Shown here: positions 27,173-41,600 of the stretch, in pieces
Position numbering within the stretch: position 1 is the stretch's first letter
How the letters are laid out: every line of letters begins with the position of its first letter
Notes under the pieces: model-generated
Told to the model about the DNA's origin: nothing
Seen by the model: only the letters and a program-made list of their open reading frames with translations
Databases searched by the model: none
Translations under genes and position numbers: made by a program
Origin: the human T2T-CHM13v2.0 reference genome, Homo sapiens
Direction: 5' to 3' (one strand)
DNA length: 64,000 nt
Assembly: GCF_009914755.1 (NCBI RefSeq)
Contig: NC_060934.1

Positions 27173-30100
27173 CACTAGAACACCACCCGTGTGCGAGCAG
27201 GGCGTCACATTGTAAAACACCTCGCCCCAGTCCCAGGATGGCTACTGCAGACAGGTGAGCTTCACCTCCTGCCATGCCATTTACACACCTTCCTGGAAAA
27301 GCAGAACAGGTGAAACAGCCATCTGGGGCAAGTGGTGAAGTGCAGGCTTTTTGAAGGCATAGCTGATAAGTCAACATGTCGTCCGCACTTCTAAAATAAA
27401 ATTCTTAATTCATATAAATGTTTTTTGGATGTCTCCTCTGTTCCCACACATTATCCTAAGTGCTTTGAGTATGACAGTAATAAAGAGTCATGGCTTCATC
27501 TTTCCCCAAAGTACAACCACAGGAGCCTGTGACATCTTTTCTCCTAGAGCCACAAAATGGGCACCCACTGATATGTCATGAATGGATGGAAAAGTGAGTA
27601 AATTATAGAAGGTTTTGAAATCCAAACACGGAGATGTCAATGGCGATTTCCGTGTAACTGCAGAAGAATCTATTACTGAATTCTGTGACGAACACTAAAA
27701 ACTAAGTCCACACTTAATAAATGTTTATGTAACACAATGAAATATCTAATAATCTTTTCTTACATTATTATGATCCTTATATTTTACTTGATTTTCTTCA
27801 AAAAAGTGTGAAATATCTAATAACGTCATAACTCTGAGCCAAGGAATCTGGACCTAGTCCTACCAAATGTGTACCAGAACCAAGACTGTGTCCCATTGAA
27901 AGCAGAAATATTTCAGCCCCTTCCAAGAAGCACTCAGCACCTTCTTCTCCCCCAGTACCTTGGGTCTTCCCAGTGTCAATCCAGAGCATATCAGAATTGA
28001 AATACCAGATAAAAGTGAAATGCAAAGTGATATTTCGGTGCCGTTACATTCGGTTTTGTAATATCAGCAACTTTTAGATAACATTAATATGAGCAAATTA
28101 ACCTCTCATAGGTTTTATTATTTTTCATAAGTAATAAAAGAATGCTCAGCAGAAAGCCCCCAGCTCTTGAGTGTTACATAAAAGTGACCTCAAATTTTTA
28201 ATATGGCGCAAAGCTTGTTAATCCTGCTTGGATTTCATGCTTAAACCTTCATTAGTACATTAGTCTTCCAAATATAATTTATTTAGACTTAAGTACTCCA
28301 ATTCTTATGATGAAGTGGCAAAAGCTGTGCCGTATTTTGCAAATTGCAGATGGCATTTTCTAGACTAGAATTAAGGGATTCAGTGCTAAAGTTCAATTTT
28401 TCATGGTTTTGTCAAAATTTAGTATTTGGGCACCTTCACAACCTGATGACCTTTCCGACGGCTGCCACGCTTCAGTTCTGTCTCTTGTGTTTGTGCTTGG
28501 TCTGTTGACAACCATGTTGCAGGAAAAATGAACCCCAGCACACAGCAGCAGAACATACACAAGATCCACCTGAGAGGACCAGAGTTCAAATCCTGCCTTT
28601 CCCTCTGCAAGTGTACAACAAGGGTACGAGGACGTCACGAGCCCTGCCTTATTTCTTCGGGACTCCATGAGGACTGGAATCAAAACTTTAGTGACCATCA
28701 CCATCCTGTGTGGGGAAAACTGAGGTGGAAAGGGCACATCCTGATGGATTTAGAGACCAAGCCAACATGGCACCCTGACCGTGATCTCTTATTGGATTAA
28801 ACCTACCCATCTAATGAAAGCACGGGTTGGAGTTTCATCTTTTCTCTCTTTCGGGGCCATATATCCTTTCAGGACCGTCTTGCACATGGTCTGGATTTTG
28901 TAGCACAAAGCTGAGTCCTGGCTTACCTCTGTGGGTAACAAATGCTGTGGGGTTGTTGCTTCATCTAAGTCACAGAATTCTTTCCTTTTGAGGTCCATGA
29001 AGAAAGAAAGACGTTGCTATTGCATTGCATCTTTCAAACATATTTTCATTTTTTAACAATGGTGTAAAATAAAAAGGGTCTGAACTTACTCTTCAGCTTT
29101 CTTTTGTGGAATTTCTCTTTGCCACACAGGGCTATGCCCTATAGCCTTAGTGAAATGACTCTGATCATCTTAGAGGGGCAAATGACAGCAACCTTTTCTG
29201 AACACAATGCTCCCACTTTGCAAGAGTCAAGGGTTGCTGGAATATCTTGATTTCTGTTAACATCTGTTTTTTTTTTTGGATAGAGGGAAAGTAATTTTTA
29301 GAAAGTACATAATGGGGCCAATTGTGGTCTATTATATGCTTAATGGGTGAGATTACAAGTGGAAACTATAGCAAAAAAGCTTCCCAAAAGATGGAGTTTG
29401 ACAAGCAACAGTGCATTTGGGGGACAACATCTAGGATGGCAAGAGAGTAAGACACACCACCCATGGGGAGCAATTAGAGAAACAGAGATGATTTGAGTGA
29501 GAAAGAGCAGACCAATGCACAGTGGCTGGAGCTACACCGGCCTGGGCAGCCCAATGCAAGCAATAATTTTACCATCATCATGACTGTCTCAGGAAACAGA
29601 CCATCTCAAACGAGAGCACATTCTCCTGGCCCCAGTTATGAATCAACTCCTGAGGGAATGTTTTCAAAAATATCTGAAGATTAGCCAGGGAAATGAACTA
29701 GATGACCAAAAACGTCACTTGTAATTCCAAAGTTTGATGATATTTTGTTTAAATGTTCTGTCTAGACTTGTGCTGTTGCTAGAAGTCACTGACCTCTATC
29801 CGGAATGACAACCACTCAGGCCAATGAGAGCTAAAGCACTAAGAGAGGGGACTGTGCCTGTCCTGTGTCCCCAAGGGTTGTGGCAAGGGTGCCCGTTAGC
29901 AGGAGCCGGTGGGGATGCTTCAGAAAACCCATCTCTGTGTCTTCCTTGACTGCTACCTTCTAACTGGACAGTGTGCAGTGTTCAGTCACTAGGCTTACCA
30001 TGTTGTAATCCCCGCGGGGCAGAAAAACCCTATCGATCAATATACTTAGCAACTGTGACCTTTGAGAGGACCATTTAGCCAATAAGGAAGAAAAAGTGAG

Positions 30101-30631
30101 AGTCTATTGCCGGAGAACAGCAATGTGGAGCAATGTGGTGCTTGGTTGAAGGAAAATTTCTGTCTGGGTCTGCCTGGCTGGGCAGTAATCTGAATAGAAG
30201 AGCTTTGGCCTCCCTTGGAGCTATCACTCCAACTCCTCAAACAAGGGAGCAGCATCTGAGTCCCAGGGAAAAGTTCAGCCCAACACACTGTATTCACTTG
30301 AACAAAGGTCATTTATTTCTGCACTCAATTTTGTAGTTCTAGGGACATGGGGATGAATGGGAAGATGGAAAAGGCCATTCTGTGTGACATTTGGCTGAGT
30401 GTGGGGGCAGTGGGCCATAGAGGGGGGCAGGAATCGCACAGTGTCTGGACCAGCAGACAACAGGAAGGGGCTGGAGCCTTAGGGAGGGGGCAAGAGGCAG
30501 GTCATCAAGAGCAGAGAAGACCAATGACAGAGGTGGCCGGGGCTGGAAGAAGCAGAATGCATCGCGGATGGACAGAAGATGACTTTTAAGTTTCTTGTGA
30601 AATTGACATTTCTGCAGGATGGACAGCGAAC

Positions 30632-30812
30632 AACACTTTCATCCATATTATTTTTCTTTGATCTCTCAAGCAGCTCTGGGAAGCAGGCACTACCATCTTT
30701 GTTTTATAGATGGGGAATCTGAGTCATCATGAGCAAATATGCTTTCCTGAGGACACACAGTCACTAACTAGATCAATCTCCAACTTTGGATTCCAAATTG
30801 CATGGTCTTCCC
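30632..30812 (-). mobile_element. MIR
   Basis: CTCTGGGAAGCAGGCACTACCATCTTTGTTTTATAGATGGGGAATCTGAG...GAGGACACACAG. Confidence 0.65.
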
Positions 30813-32529
30813 CTGTGTCTTTCACTGTCTTGCAGCTCCTCTCTGCCCCAGTTTTAAGCTAATTACATGAATGACAGAGTAACTAATTTCTTCTTTCATT
30901 CCAACGTTTAGGTGCTGTTTATATATAAAAATCTCTGTATCGTGGGAATTACTACATCAGTAAAACTTTCATACTTCTTCTTAAAATACAGATACAATAC
31001 AGGACAGGCATCCTCTGAGGACTTGTCCACTCTGATCGTCTCTGCATGATTTTTATTGTTCTTATTACCTCTGTTTTTTAAGTTCTCCCCAACTGTGAAG
31101 GAAATGAAATAAAAAAAAAACAAATTTAATGTTGCAAATAAAATACCAAGCGGCTTTTTGCTGCTGGGGGCATTTCAGTAAATGATTTCAACCTTCCTTC
31201 TAGCTTCTTCTTAAAGCCAAGGAAATCAAAATGCTGACACACAGGCGCCGGGGTGCCCAGCAAGTGGCTGTATTTGATGTCTGTAGGCAGAAGGCTCAGG
31301 TCTGGAGTCATCATGAGGTGGGAGCCCAGGTCGGTGTTGTGGGATGCCCTGGCTGGAAACTCCACCCCTGGGGCTACATTGCTCCTGCCCCTAGAGGGTG
31401 GTGTTAAGGCAATCCAACCCTAGGCTACTTCAAAGTGACTTCACAGAGGCTGTCTAAAGGAAGAGGCGGAGCTGCAGGGTGGGCACAGAGAGGGCACCAG
31501 GTGGGAATATGCAAGGCACAGCACGCTGGCCACAGTGCACAGGTTTTAATATCTTGCTGGAATTACTTGATGAGCTAAAATGAAAGGAGTTTTGAAGACC
31601 TCCTTATGTTCCACTAGGTCCAGGGTAAATGTGCACATGGCATCACATGCTACTCTGAGTACCAGATGACGCTGTCCCCTGAGCCTGACATTCCTGCAGA
31701 TGACTGGGAGTGTGAGATGAGCATCCAAGAAAGAAGCACATGTCTGCTTTAGGTCAGAGTGCTGGCTAATCAGACACCTAAGGGATCTGCAAAGAGGAAG
31801 TGCAGGTTCCCAGGAGAGGCCACTGGAAAGCCAGGCTGTGAAGGGGCAATGACAGCCCAGTCCACCCTATGTGACAAAGAACTTCTGGACACTGCAGCTT
31901 GTTCTCACTGTTTGCTGTCCTCTTCCTCCCAACTCAGGTTCCCATGTCAGCTTCTTTCCTCTGACAAGTCTGGCTCATAAGGGCAAAAATATGTTGAGAG
32001 CAGAGTCCAAAGCCTCAAAGTGGAATCTAAGCTTTTACAACTCAAAGCAAAGCCCCTGAGTTTCTGTGGACCTTTGCTAGACTCCATGTGTACCACTGGG
32101 TGTGCTCTAATTCTTTGGCCACATCACTGTTGAAAAAGCCTTCAAGACTCAGTGTGGTCTCATTCTGTTGCCCACACATAAAACGTGCATCGAAATTCCT
32201 TCTTTTCCAACCTCACTGAGTGGGGCACCTGCAGAATGGTCCATCTGTTTTTTTCCTTCAGGGTTACTTTAAACCTATTATGCCTCATGCATTTGGTGGG
32301 CACAAGGAAGAAAACAAACAAAGGCCTTGTCTGTGTGTGAACTTACAGCTCAGTGTTAGATAGCATTCTTATTTCCTAATTTCAGGGAACTTAATCAGTC
32401 ACAGGCATCTTCTGTGAGTGGAATCATTTTTCTTTTATTTGATCCCATGACATATCTTTGTACGCCCTTTAATCCCCTCATCTTACCTTTGGGAATCTTT
32501 TTTTCAATTGCATTTTAACTATTACAATT

Positions 32530-32785
32530 AATCATTCATTATTTATCCATTTATCCATCCATCTATCCATCATCCTTTCATCCATCCATCCCCCATCAAG
32601 CCATTTATCATCCATCCATCAATCATCCATCCATAATCCATTCATCTATTTGTCGCCCATCCTTCATCCTTTCATTCATCTATCTGTCCATCACTCATCC
32701 ATGCATCATCTATTTATTATCCACCCATCCATTCATCATCCATCTATTCACCATCCATCTATCCATTCACCATCCATCCATCCAT
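32530..32785. repeat. Degenerate (CCAT/TCAT)n simple repeat, probably an expanded L2 tail
   Basis: Visible CCATCCAT/TTCATC array adjoining the antisense L2 3' end. Confidence 0.9.
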
Positions 32786-33197
32786 GAACATGTTCTAAGC
32801 ATCAGGTGCAGTGTGAGCCCTGTTGCACAAACGTCCCTTTTCTCAAGAAGCCCACATCCTAGAGTAGGGAGACAAATGCAGATACAATGAGAGCTTTAGG
32901 AGCACTGAAGAAGGAGCCCTGGACTTAAGGAATGAAGGAAGGTCCCACAGACCAAGTTGCATAGAGAAGGATCATGATGAAGGACAAGGGCTCACCAGGC
33001 ATAGAAAACCGAGCAAGGTGTTTAGACAGTGGGAACAGCACGTGGAAAGAAACCAAAGCAGGAAAGAGCATGGAACATTCCAGGAATGGGGAGAAGTTCA
33101 GTGGGGATGAAGAATGGGGTATACGGTGGGGAGTGTAGGAAGGACTGAGGCAAAAGGACCAGTTGGGGCCAGAATGTGAAGGGCTTCAAATGCCAGA
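32785..33197 (-). mobile_element. L2 (antisense) 3' fragment
   Basis: TCTCAAGAAGCCCACATCCTAG...AGACAGTGGGAACAGCACGTGGAAAG...GGGGCCAGAATGTGAAGGGCTTCAAATGCCA. Confidence 0.75.
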
Positions 33198-33314
33198 GTC
33201 AGCTTCCAACTCCTCTTCTTCCTTGTCCTTTGTTCTATCCTCATTTATCATCAGGACAACAGCAGCCACAAGTACGGCTGCTCTACTCTACGGATACCAC
33301 CAACTCTTAGGACT

Positions 33315-33535
33315 GTTTTTTGAGTGCTGACTACGTGCCAGGCATGTGCTAAACATGCATTGCCATGTTTATGCCTCAAAATAAGCTATGGGTAGATACT
33401 GTTGTGATTCCCACTTTACAGATGACAAAGTGAGGACAGATTGGGCTCCCTGTCCTGGGCTACAGAGCTGGCACTCAGGGGCACCGGAATCTACCTGCAG
33501 GCAGGCTTGCTGTGGAGCCCATGCTTTAAGCCCCA
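33315..33535 (-). mobile_element. MIR
   Basis: TTGAGTGCTGACTACGTGCCAGGCATGTGCTAA...CCCACTTTACAGATGACAAAGTGAGG. Confidence 0.75.
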
Positions 33536-33982
33536 CAAGCTGTCCCTCGCCTCAGTGGCTCCCTTCTCTCTGCTTGATCTTTCATATGTCCAGCCTCTGC
33601 TCTGCAAGGCTGAGCCTCCTGCAGAACCTTCCTGAAGACGGCATTGCGGTAATCCCCAACCCTCGGACTCCCTAGGCCGTGTGTGCAGCAGCTCATTTCA
33701 CTCTGTATCTCAGGTGCACATCATCACTCAGTTCTTAATCCTGTAGACGTTTGTCTCTTTTCAGAAGATGGTCACTGAAGACCCAGCATTGTGAATGGGA
33801 TCCTGAGCTCACTCTTCCAAATGGTTGTGCTGAGTGCAGCCTCGATGGCAGGCAGTCACTAAGGACCGGGGCCAGGCTTCCCCACCTGTTGAGACATCCC
33901 ATCTGTCTATCCAGCCTTCTCAGGTTGGGGCAGAGGGGACTAGCGTGTAGCGTGCCTGCTTCTACATCTGCCCAATTCACTC

Positions 33983-34289
33983 TTTTTTTTTTTCTTTTTT
34001 TTTTAGACGGAGTCTCACTCTGTTACCCAGCCTGGAGTGCAGTGGCATGATCTCAGCTCACTGCAACCTCCACTTCTGGGTTCAAGCAATTCTCCCGCCT
34101 CTGGCTCCTGAGTAGTTGGGATTACTCAACTACTCTTGCACCACCACACCTGGCTAACTTTTGTATTCTTAGTAGAGATGGGTTTCACCATGTTGGCCAG
34201 GCTGGTCTCAAACTCCTGACCTCAAGTAGTCCACCTGCCTCTGCTTCCCAAAGTGGTGGGATTACAGGCATGAGACACCACACCCGGCC
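33983..34289 (-). mobile_element. AluSx/Sz-like
   Basis: Antisense full Alu; TSD CCAATTCA(C/T)TC. Confidence 0.94.
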
Positions 34290-34771
34290 CCAATTCATTC
34301 ATTTAGCAAAAGCCTCCAGCCAGCTGTGCTGGAGGCTGGGAATTTCACCAAAATTCATGTGTATGCTTCTGCCCTTTGGGAGGTTCAAAGTCTGGTGGGA
34401 AGCAGACAAAACGTGAAGAGTGTACATTACAGCCTGTGCTGTTTTGTCTATGAAAGCGACAAACACACTAATGGGAGACTGAAAATGAGAAGGTGGTGAG
34501 GAACAGACCTCTTTGAAGTGATGCTATGGTGGCTGAGAGCAAAGCTGGAAGGTGCTGGCCTTGTGGACAGGTTTGGGGAGGAATGTTCCCACACAGGGCA
34601 GAGGCAGGAAAGAGCAGAGCAGCCCAGGAATAGAAATAAGATAGTGGGGTTAGAGCACGCAGCAGGTGGGAGGCACAAGATAATGCTGGAGAGGTTGACA
34701 GGCCAGGCAAATGCCAGGGTGAAGAGTCTGGGAGAGTTTGGGTTTTGTTTGAGTTGCCATGAGGAGTTTTG

Positions 34772-34804
<33 letters not shown>

Positions 34805-35430
34805 CAGACAGAGTCTTGCTCTGTCACCCAGGCTGGAGTGCAGTAGCACAATCTCTGCTCACTGCAACCTCCGCCTCCTGGGTCCAAGTGATTCTCATGC
34901 CTCAGCCTTCTGAGTAGCTGGGATTACAGGCGCCTGCCACCACGCCCGGCTAATTTTTGTATTTTTAGTAGAGATGGAGTTTTGCCATGTTAGTCAGGCT
35001 GGTATTGAACTCCTGCCCTCAAGTGATCTGCCTGCCTCAGCCTCTCAAAGTGCTGGGATTGAGTCACCGGGCCCAGTCTATGAGGAGCCTTTATGGGGTT
35101 ATAAACCAGGATTACCATTGTTTAGTTTATGCGTTAATCCTTCCAGCTGCTGAGTGGAGGATAGATGGGGGTGAGCAGCAGGAGGGGAAGCCTGGAGGAA
35201 GTCAGCAGGTGACCGCATGAGTCCAGATGAAAGGTGATGATGGTTTGGACTGGTTCAGCGCAGGGTCACTGGGAAGGAGGAGCTGGATGGATTCAGGATT
35301 GATGTGTATAGAAGGAGATGGATCAGAGGGGGTGGGTAAGGAAAGAGAGGATTCCTAATGTTCTGGTTTGAGTGATGGAGAAGACTAAGGTGGGGGGAAT
35401 AGGGGACAGGATTAGGACAAAATTTAAGAC
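34290..35430 (-). mobile_element. L2 (antisense) interrupted by an Alu
   Basis: Tail TTCATTCATTTAGCAAA; GGAATGTTCCCACACAGGGC; TCCAGATGAAAGGTGATGATGGTTTGGACTGG. Confidence 0.7.
34774..35078 (-). mobile_element. AluSx/Sz-like
   Basis: ~31-nt T tract plus Alu body; TSD ATGAGGAG. Confidence 0.94.
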
Positions 35431-35482
35431 TTCCAAGGTTAGTTGACAAAGATAATTCAACAATGTTGAATGCTGTGGACAA

Positions 35483-36105
35483 TAGCTTAACATAGGGTTT
35501 GAGAAAGTAGAACTCGGGAGCCAGCAAGCTCGAATTTAAATCTTGGCTCTACTAATAACTAGCTCTATTAGTCCACTCTCACACTGCTATAAAGAAATGC
35601 CTGAGACTGGATAATTTATAAAGAAAATAGGTTTAATTGGCTCATGGTTCTACAGGCTGTACAGGAAGCATGGCTGGGAGGCCTCAGAAAACTTACAACC
35701 CTGGCAGAAGGTGAGGGGGAAGCAGGCACGTCTTACATGGCTGGATGAGGAAGAGAGAGAATGGGGAGGGCTACACACTTTTAAACCTGATCTGGTGAGC
35801 ACTTATTCACTATCACAAGAACAGCACCAAGGGGAAAGTCTGCCCCCGGCCCCATCCAATCACCTCCCACTAGTCTCCACCTCCAAGTTGGGGATTACAA
35901 TTTGACATAAGATTTGGGTGGGGACACAGATCCAAACCATATCACTAGCTATGTGCCTTTGGGAAAGTTGCTTAACTTCTCTGTGACTGCTTTTTTCATT
36001 TTAAAAATGAGGACAATCTTTTTGTGGTCCTTATGAGAACTGCATGAGTTAATATACATACATAAAATGTGTAGAATAGTGCCTGGTACATAGTAAATAA
36101 TGGCC
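35483..36105 (+). mobile_element. MIR split by an MST LTR
   Basis: AAATCTTGGCTCTACTAATAACTAGC | TATGTGCCTTTGGGAAAGTTGCTTAACTTCTCTGTG...AGTGCCTGGTACATAGTAA rejoin into a contiguous MIR when the LTR is removed. Confidence 0.85.
35564..35944 (-). mobile_element. MSTA-like solo LTR
   Basis: TCTATTAGTCC...GGGGACACAGATCCAAACCATATCA; 5-bp TSD CTAGC at 35559-35563 and 35945-35949. Confidence 0.92.
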
Positions 36106-36769
36106 ATCACCCAATAAGTTATAGTTATTACTAACAACAAACATACATTGAGCACCCTGTCTGCTGGAGGCACCCCTGTCCTGAGTGCAAAGGGACACAG
36201 GGACATCAGCTTTACCTTCCAAAGGCTTATGTTCAATGGGAGTAATAAACACAGATTTGTTCATAAAATATATCTTTAGTTACTCCTTGTGTCAGCCAAT
36301 GACCACATTATTACACAGAAAGAAGAATAACAGGATTCCAAGAGAAATGTGACATGGGAATCAACCACAAAGATGTCTATATTCATCCATCGCACATACT
36401 TAACTTACAATTCTAAATCTCTGTTTGTACTTCAGTAGATGGGATCCCCCTCGGGAATATTTTGAAAATGTCCTTCACTACCAGTTGATTACAAAACTTC
36501 TGAAGTGGTTAAAGAATACTTGAAAAGATCAAATTAAAGCATGGAGGCCAGTGAAATTTTGAAAGATATGCCAAAGACCCATTTCAGCATGTGACTATCT
36601 GGTCCTCCTCAAATGGCCTTGACTGGTCTAGAGCTGCGGGTTTCTACCATGTAATTCTGCAAGAGGCAGAAACATTCAGCTTACTCCAATGGGAGAGAGT
36701 CGCCAGCCTTTGCCAAAGGGGCATTGTAATGGATTTTTAATTTTTTAATCTTTTTGAAAAGGACAGACC

Positions 36770-37049
36770 TCTGGGCGCAGTGGCTCATGCCTGTAATCCC
36801 AGCACTTTGGAAGACCAAGGTGGGTGGATCACAAGGTCAGGAGATCAAGACCATCCTGGCTAACATGGTGAAACCCCGTCTCTACTAGAAATATAAAAAA
36901 TTAGCCGGGTGTGATGGCCTGTGCCTGTGGTCTTGGCTATTCAGGAGGCTGAGGCAAGAGAATCACTTGAACCCAGAAGGCAGAGGTTGCAGTGAGCCGA
37001 GATTGTGCCACTGAACTCCAGCCTAGGCGACAGAGCGAGACTCCATCTC

Positions 37050-37078
<29 letters not shown>
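36770..37078 (+). mobile_element. AluSc-like
   Basis: GGATCACAAGGTCAGGAGATCAAGACCATCCTGGCTAACATGG; long A tail; TSD approximately GACA(G/A)ACC. Confidence 0.93.
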
Positions 37079-37080
<2 letters not shown>

Positions 37081-37399
37081 CAAACCATATGCAATAGACA
37101 AGACTAAATAAACATTTCCAGAAGACAATGAACTCAGGTAACCAGTATGACAGTTAAGGTTTTGCTTAATTTGCAAAGTCACTGTAATCTGATGGCAATG
37201 ATGGACAAAATCTATTTGATTCCTGCCACTGGTCAAATACATTAGAGAAATGTGCTTACTGGATTAATTTATTGTGTGGTTTAAACTGGGCACTTTAAAT
37301 AAAACTAAGCTATGAAACCCAGAGAAGGGGTAGATTCTTTCTTTCAAAAGATAAAGAAACAACAATGGCATTATCACACCTTTTAAACATATGAGAGAG

Positions 37400-37731
37400 G
37401 GCCAGGTGCGGTGGCTCACGCCTGTAATCCCAGAACTTTGGGAAGCTGAAGCGAGTGGATCACATGAGGTCAGGGGTTCGAGACCAGCCTGGCCAACATG
37501 GCAAAATCCCACCTCTACTAAAAATACAAAAATTAGCTGCATGTGGTGGCGTGCGCCTGTAGTCCCAGCTACTCGGTAGGCTGAGGCAGGAGAATCTCTT
37601 GAATTCGGGAGGCAGAAGTTGTAGTGAGCTCATGTCATTGCACTCCAGCCTGGGCAACCGAGTGAGACTCTGTCTCATGAAATAAAATGAAATAAAATAA
37701 AATAAAATAAAATAAAATAAAATAAAATAAA
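37400..37731 (+). mobile_element. AluSx-like with (TAAAA)n tail
   Basis: Full Alu; TSD AAACAT(A/G)TGAGAGAG. Confidence 0.94.
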
Positions 37732-38820
37732 CATGTGAGAGAGGCCTGATATGAGAAACCAAAGTTGAGGGGTTGATTTGGAAACAGAGAGACTGCTGTT
37801 GTACAGCCTGAAATGCGTTGGAAGCAGTGATGTTCTTCCTGGAAAAGTTACACTTGTGAAATGAAGAGAGCACCATTCAAGAAACGCTCCAGGTGCTTAT
37901 TAGGAGAAGATAATCAAAAATATACATAAGACTTTAAATACAGCGTGTTATGTAAGTAAATGTTAAATCAAACTTTGGAGTGGCTCAGTTTCAAACAACT
38001 AAATATCCTCGGTGCTTCTGTCCCTTGCCAGCAGTCACAGACATCAAATAAGTTCATATGCTCAAAAAAAAAAAAAAAAAAAAAAAGCTTTCTGGACACT
38101 GTCAGCCCACCTGTGTGCAGACTAGAGAAGAATCCTTTAAGCTTTCTGAGACAAATAAAAGGCAAGGAATCAAAGGGAAGTGTACACCTCACCATTTATC
38201 GGGAAGCAGACTTGGGTAATCTGGCTGAGCCAGTGACAAATAAAACGTGATTTAATGTAGCATTTCTCACACGTAGAGAAAGTCTCCAATTCTCAGAGAC
38301 CCCTGGTGTTGACTTACAATATTTTTATCCCAATAGTATTTAAATGTATGCAAGAATAAAATGAAATATAAATGTATGTGTATAACACACCAATCAAAAC
38401 AAATTCACAAATGAAATACAGAGTAAATTACCAACCCAAGACCACTCAATTGAAGGATATTAATTCAGCCTAATGGGTAATGTGGTTTTGTGGAAGCAAA
38501 ATTGCTCATTCAGAGCTTCAGGGTAGAAAGTTGCAACCCTGGTTCTGGGTCTGCAGTGAATGTTTCTGTATTTGCCTGTAATCGTACCCTTGTATAATGT
38601 CTGTTGACATACGTATGTAACACAGAATGCTAGGAACATCTTCAAAACTTTGTCTCAACGGGATAATCAGACCTCATGTGGCCCCCAAAATTCTGCTGGC
38701 AGGCAACGCTTGAATGCCTATGGCAGTGAGGTAGAATTTGATAGTCTTGTTACTTTAAGCTAAGGTCGCATGATTGTAGTATTAAAAAATCTGCACTAAT
38801 TACGTATCTGCCTTAAATAT

Positions 38821-39500
<680 letters not shown>

Positions 39501-39750
39501 TAAAAATCTGCATTATGTATCAATCTTAAATATTGTTGAATTCTTAGACACCATTTTTAAATGTGACTACTCTATTTATATGATACAATTTATATGATAA
39601 ACTTGGGAACTGATATCTAAAAGACAGGGGTCCATGAAACTGTTAAGTTACCTAAAACTTGGAAATAAGGTGAAAAGCTCACTATGTCTGCTTTCAAAGT
39701 AAAACCCGATCACCGTCTCACAAGCTGGCCTAGAATGCATCTAAGTGGGG

Positions 39751-39944
39751 CAGGGGTTAGCGGATGGCCTCCAGGGGCCTGTTTCTTATAAAGTTTTATA
39801 GGAATGCAGCTACTTAACGTGTTGCTTATGGCAGCTTTTGTGTTGTGGCAAAAAGAGTGGGGTAACTGCAACAGAGACTGCATGGTCTGCAAAGTCTGAG
39901 ATGTTTAATAACTGGCCCTTCACAGAAAACGTTTGTAGACCCTC
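39751..39944 (+). mobile_element. MER58A (hAT-Charlie)
   Basis: CAGGGGTTAGC...ATAAAGTTTTATAGGAA...CAACAGAGACTGCATGGTCTGCAAAG...TGGCCCTTCACAGAAAACGTTTG. Confidence 0.8.
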
Positions 39945-40699
39945 ATTCTAGGGGATGCTATTTGGGTTGATTTACCATTTGCTATTGATTAGGGACCTGA
40001 TTCTGTAAAGTTAGATGTTAACTTGCAGAAGACTGAGAAATGGCAAGTGATATCTGTCAGGCAGAAAAGATAAAGCGCTAAAGTGATGGTTTCATTGCCT
40101 GGAAGAACATGAGCCGGTTCTGGATGTGAGCTAGCAGGCTTCTCTCAACCTTCCTTGTTCTCCCTGAGCCTGCTTTGGCATCCTGCTGGTTCCCTCATCA
40201 ATCAGCTGCATAAACCTTTGACAGATGCTCACTATAGGTTTATGTGAGAGCCATGGCTTTAACTTTCTGAAGTTTGTGCTTTGACATAACTTATTTGTCT
40301 ACATTTGATTGAAGACACATTTACTGAGCAACTCTGATTGGCTCAATGACCTACTGGGCCCCTTCTATGTCGCTGAGTCATGTTGGATGCTAGGTGGGAT
40401 ACAAGAGTGGGTAAGAACTGGGGTTGACAGAAAATAACTCATCCACTCAAATAACTACAATACATAATACACGTGCTCAGAAATAAATTTGTGTAGTAAA
40501 AGTCATAGTTCATGGTAACTGCCTGATTAGTTATAGTTAGTTGCTGGTGGGTGAGATTATGAATACTTAAAGATTTCCTCCTTTCCTTTCTGTAATTTTC
40601 TGTAAGGAGCATCTGTTGCTTCTTGTAAAATAAAAAAAAAGTGGGGAATTTGATTTTAACTTTTCAAAAATGTCAGTCAGGGAAAATCAGGGAATGTCG

Positions 40700-41600
40700 T
40701 TTGGCTTCAGTGGGAGACTAGGGGACAAAGGAAAAATTCAGATAGGGCAGGGGATCTAGGGTATAGAGGCCTTGGAAGCCGGGCTGACAAATTTGACCCA
40801 TCATTTTGGGTAAGAGGGAGCTGCTGTGGCTTTAAGATGGGAAGAAGAGAAAGAAGTAGAAATCTGCCGTGCAATCCAGACCTGAGATAAAGAAGACACG
40901 GTCCCAGGTGGAGGCAGGGGTGGTGTGGAAGACATGGCTAGGTGAGGAGCTATTTGTAAAGACAGACTTAGAGATGACGAAGCAAAGATGAGCTGGTTGG
41001 AAAGGGCACTGACTAGGGCCCCTACAGGGAGTGACAAGGCATCTTTTGGACAAAGTCCATTGGTGAACTCTGGAAGAAGCCAGCTGCATCTGATCTGTCC
41101 TCGAATCCCTGAGGCCGAGCCTGGTGCCCAGAACATAGAACAAGCTCGGGATACATGTCCCAGGCTTGAGCGGAAGGGAGGCAAGTTGAGGGTTTTGGTG
41201 ATGCAGCCTGGAGGCTGTGCACCACAGGAGGTCCACAGCAAGACTGTGAGTGACCCTGTGGGAGAGGACAGTCGTGTGCTTCCCTCCTGGGGTTGCAGAG
41301 GAAGCACAACCAAGCCAGGAGTCCGAAGAGGAGCAGCACAAAGATGGAATGGAAGTCAGGGAATTTCTCATTGCTGGGAACTAAATGACTGATTTAAGGA
41401 AGGCCGGATGGTTGAGCATCTGAGGACACAGAGGTAAGCCTGAGAAACAGACCTGGGTTTGGCATGCAGGAGCCTGCCTGGCTGCATTTGGTATTTATAT
41501 ATCACTGGTGCCCAACAAATAGTCAATGAATTTGGAGGCTGAAGTAAAGATACTTAGGTGGCCATGTGACAGAGAGAAGTGATGCTGGTAGGGACATCTT
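40700..41600 (-). mobile_element. Degenerate L2 (antisense)
   Basis: Purine-rich antisense L2 motifs (GAGGCCTTGGAAGCC...GCAATCCAGACCTGAGATAA...). Boundaries approximate. Confidence 0.55.

Noticed and set aside
29737-29793. TGATGA...CTGA pair resembling C/D snoRNA boxes
   Set aside because: Imperfect C box, too short, and no terminal stem.
31255-31402. CTCF-like motifs (CCAGCAAGTGGCTG, CCCCTAGAGGGTGG)
   Set aside because: Mismatches at core positions; cannot be supported without PWM scoring or ChIP data.
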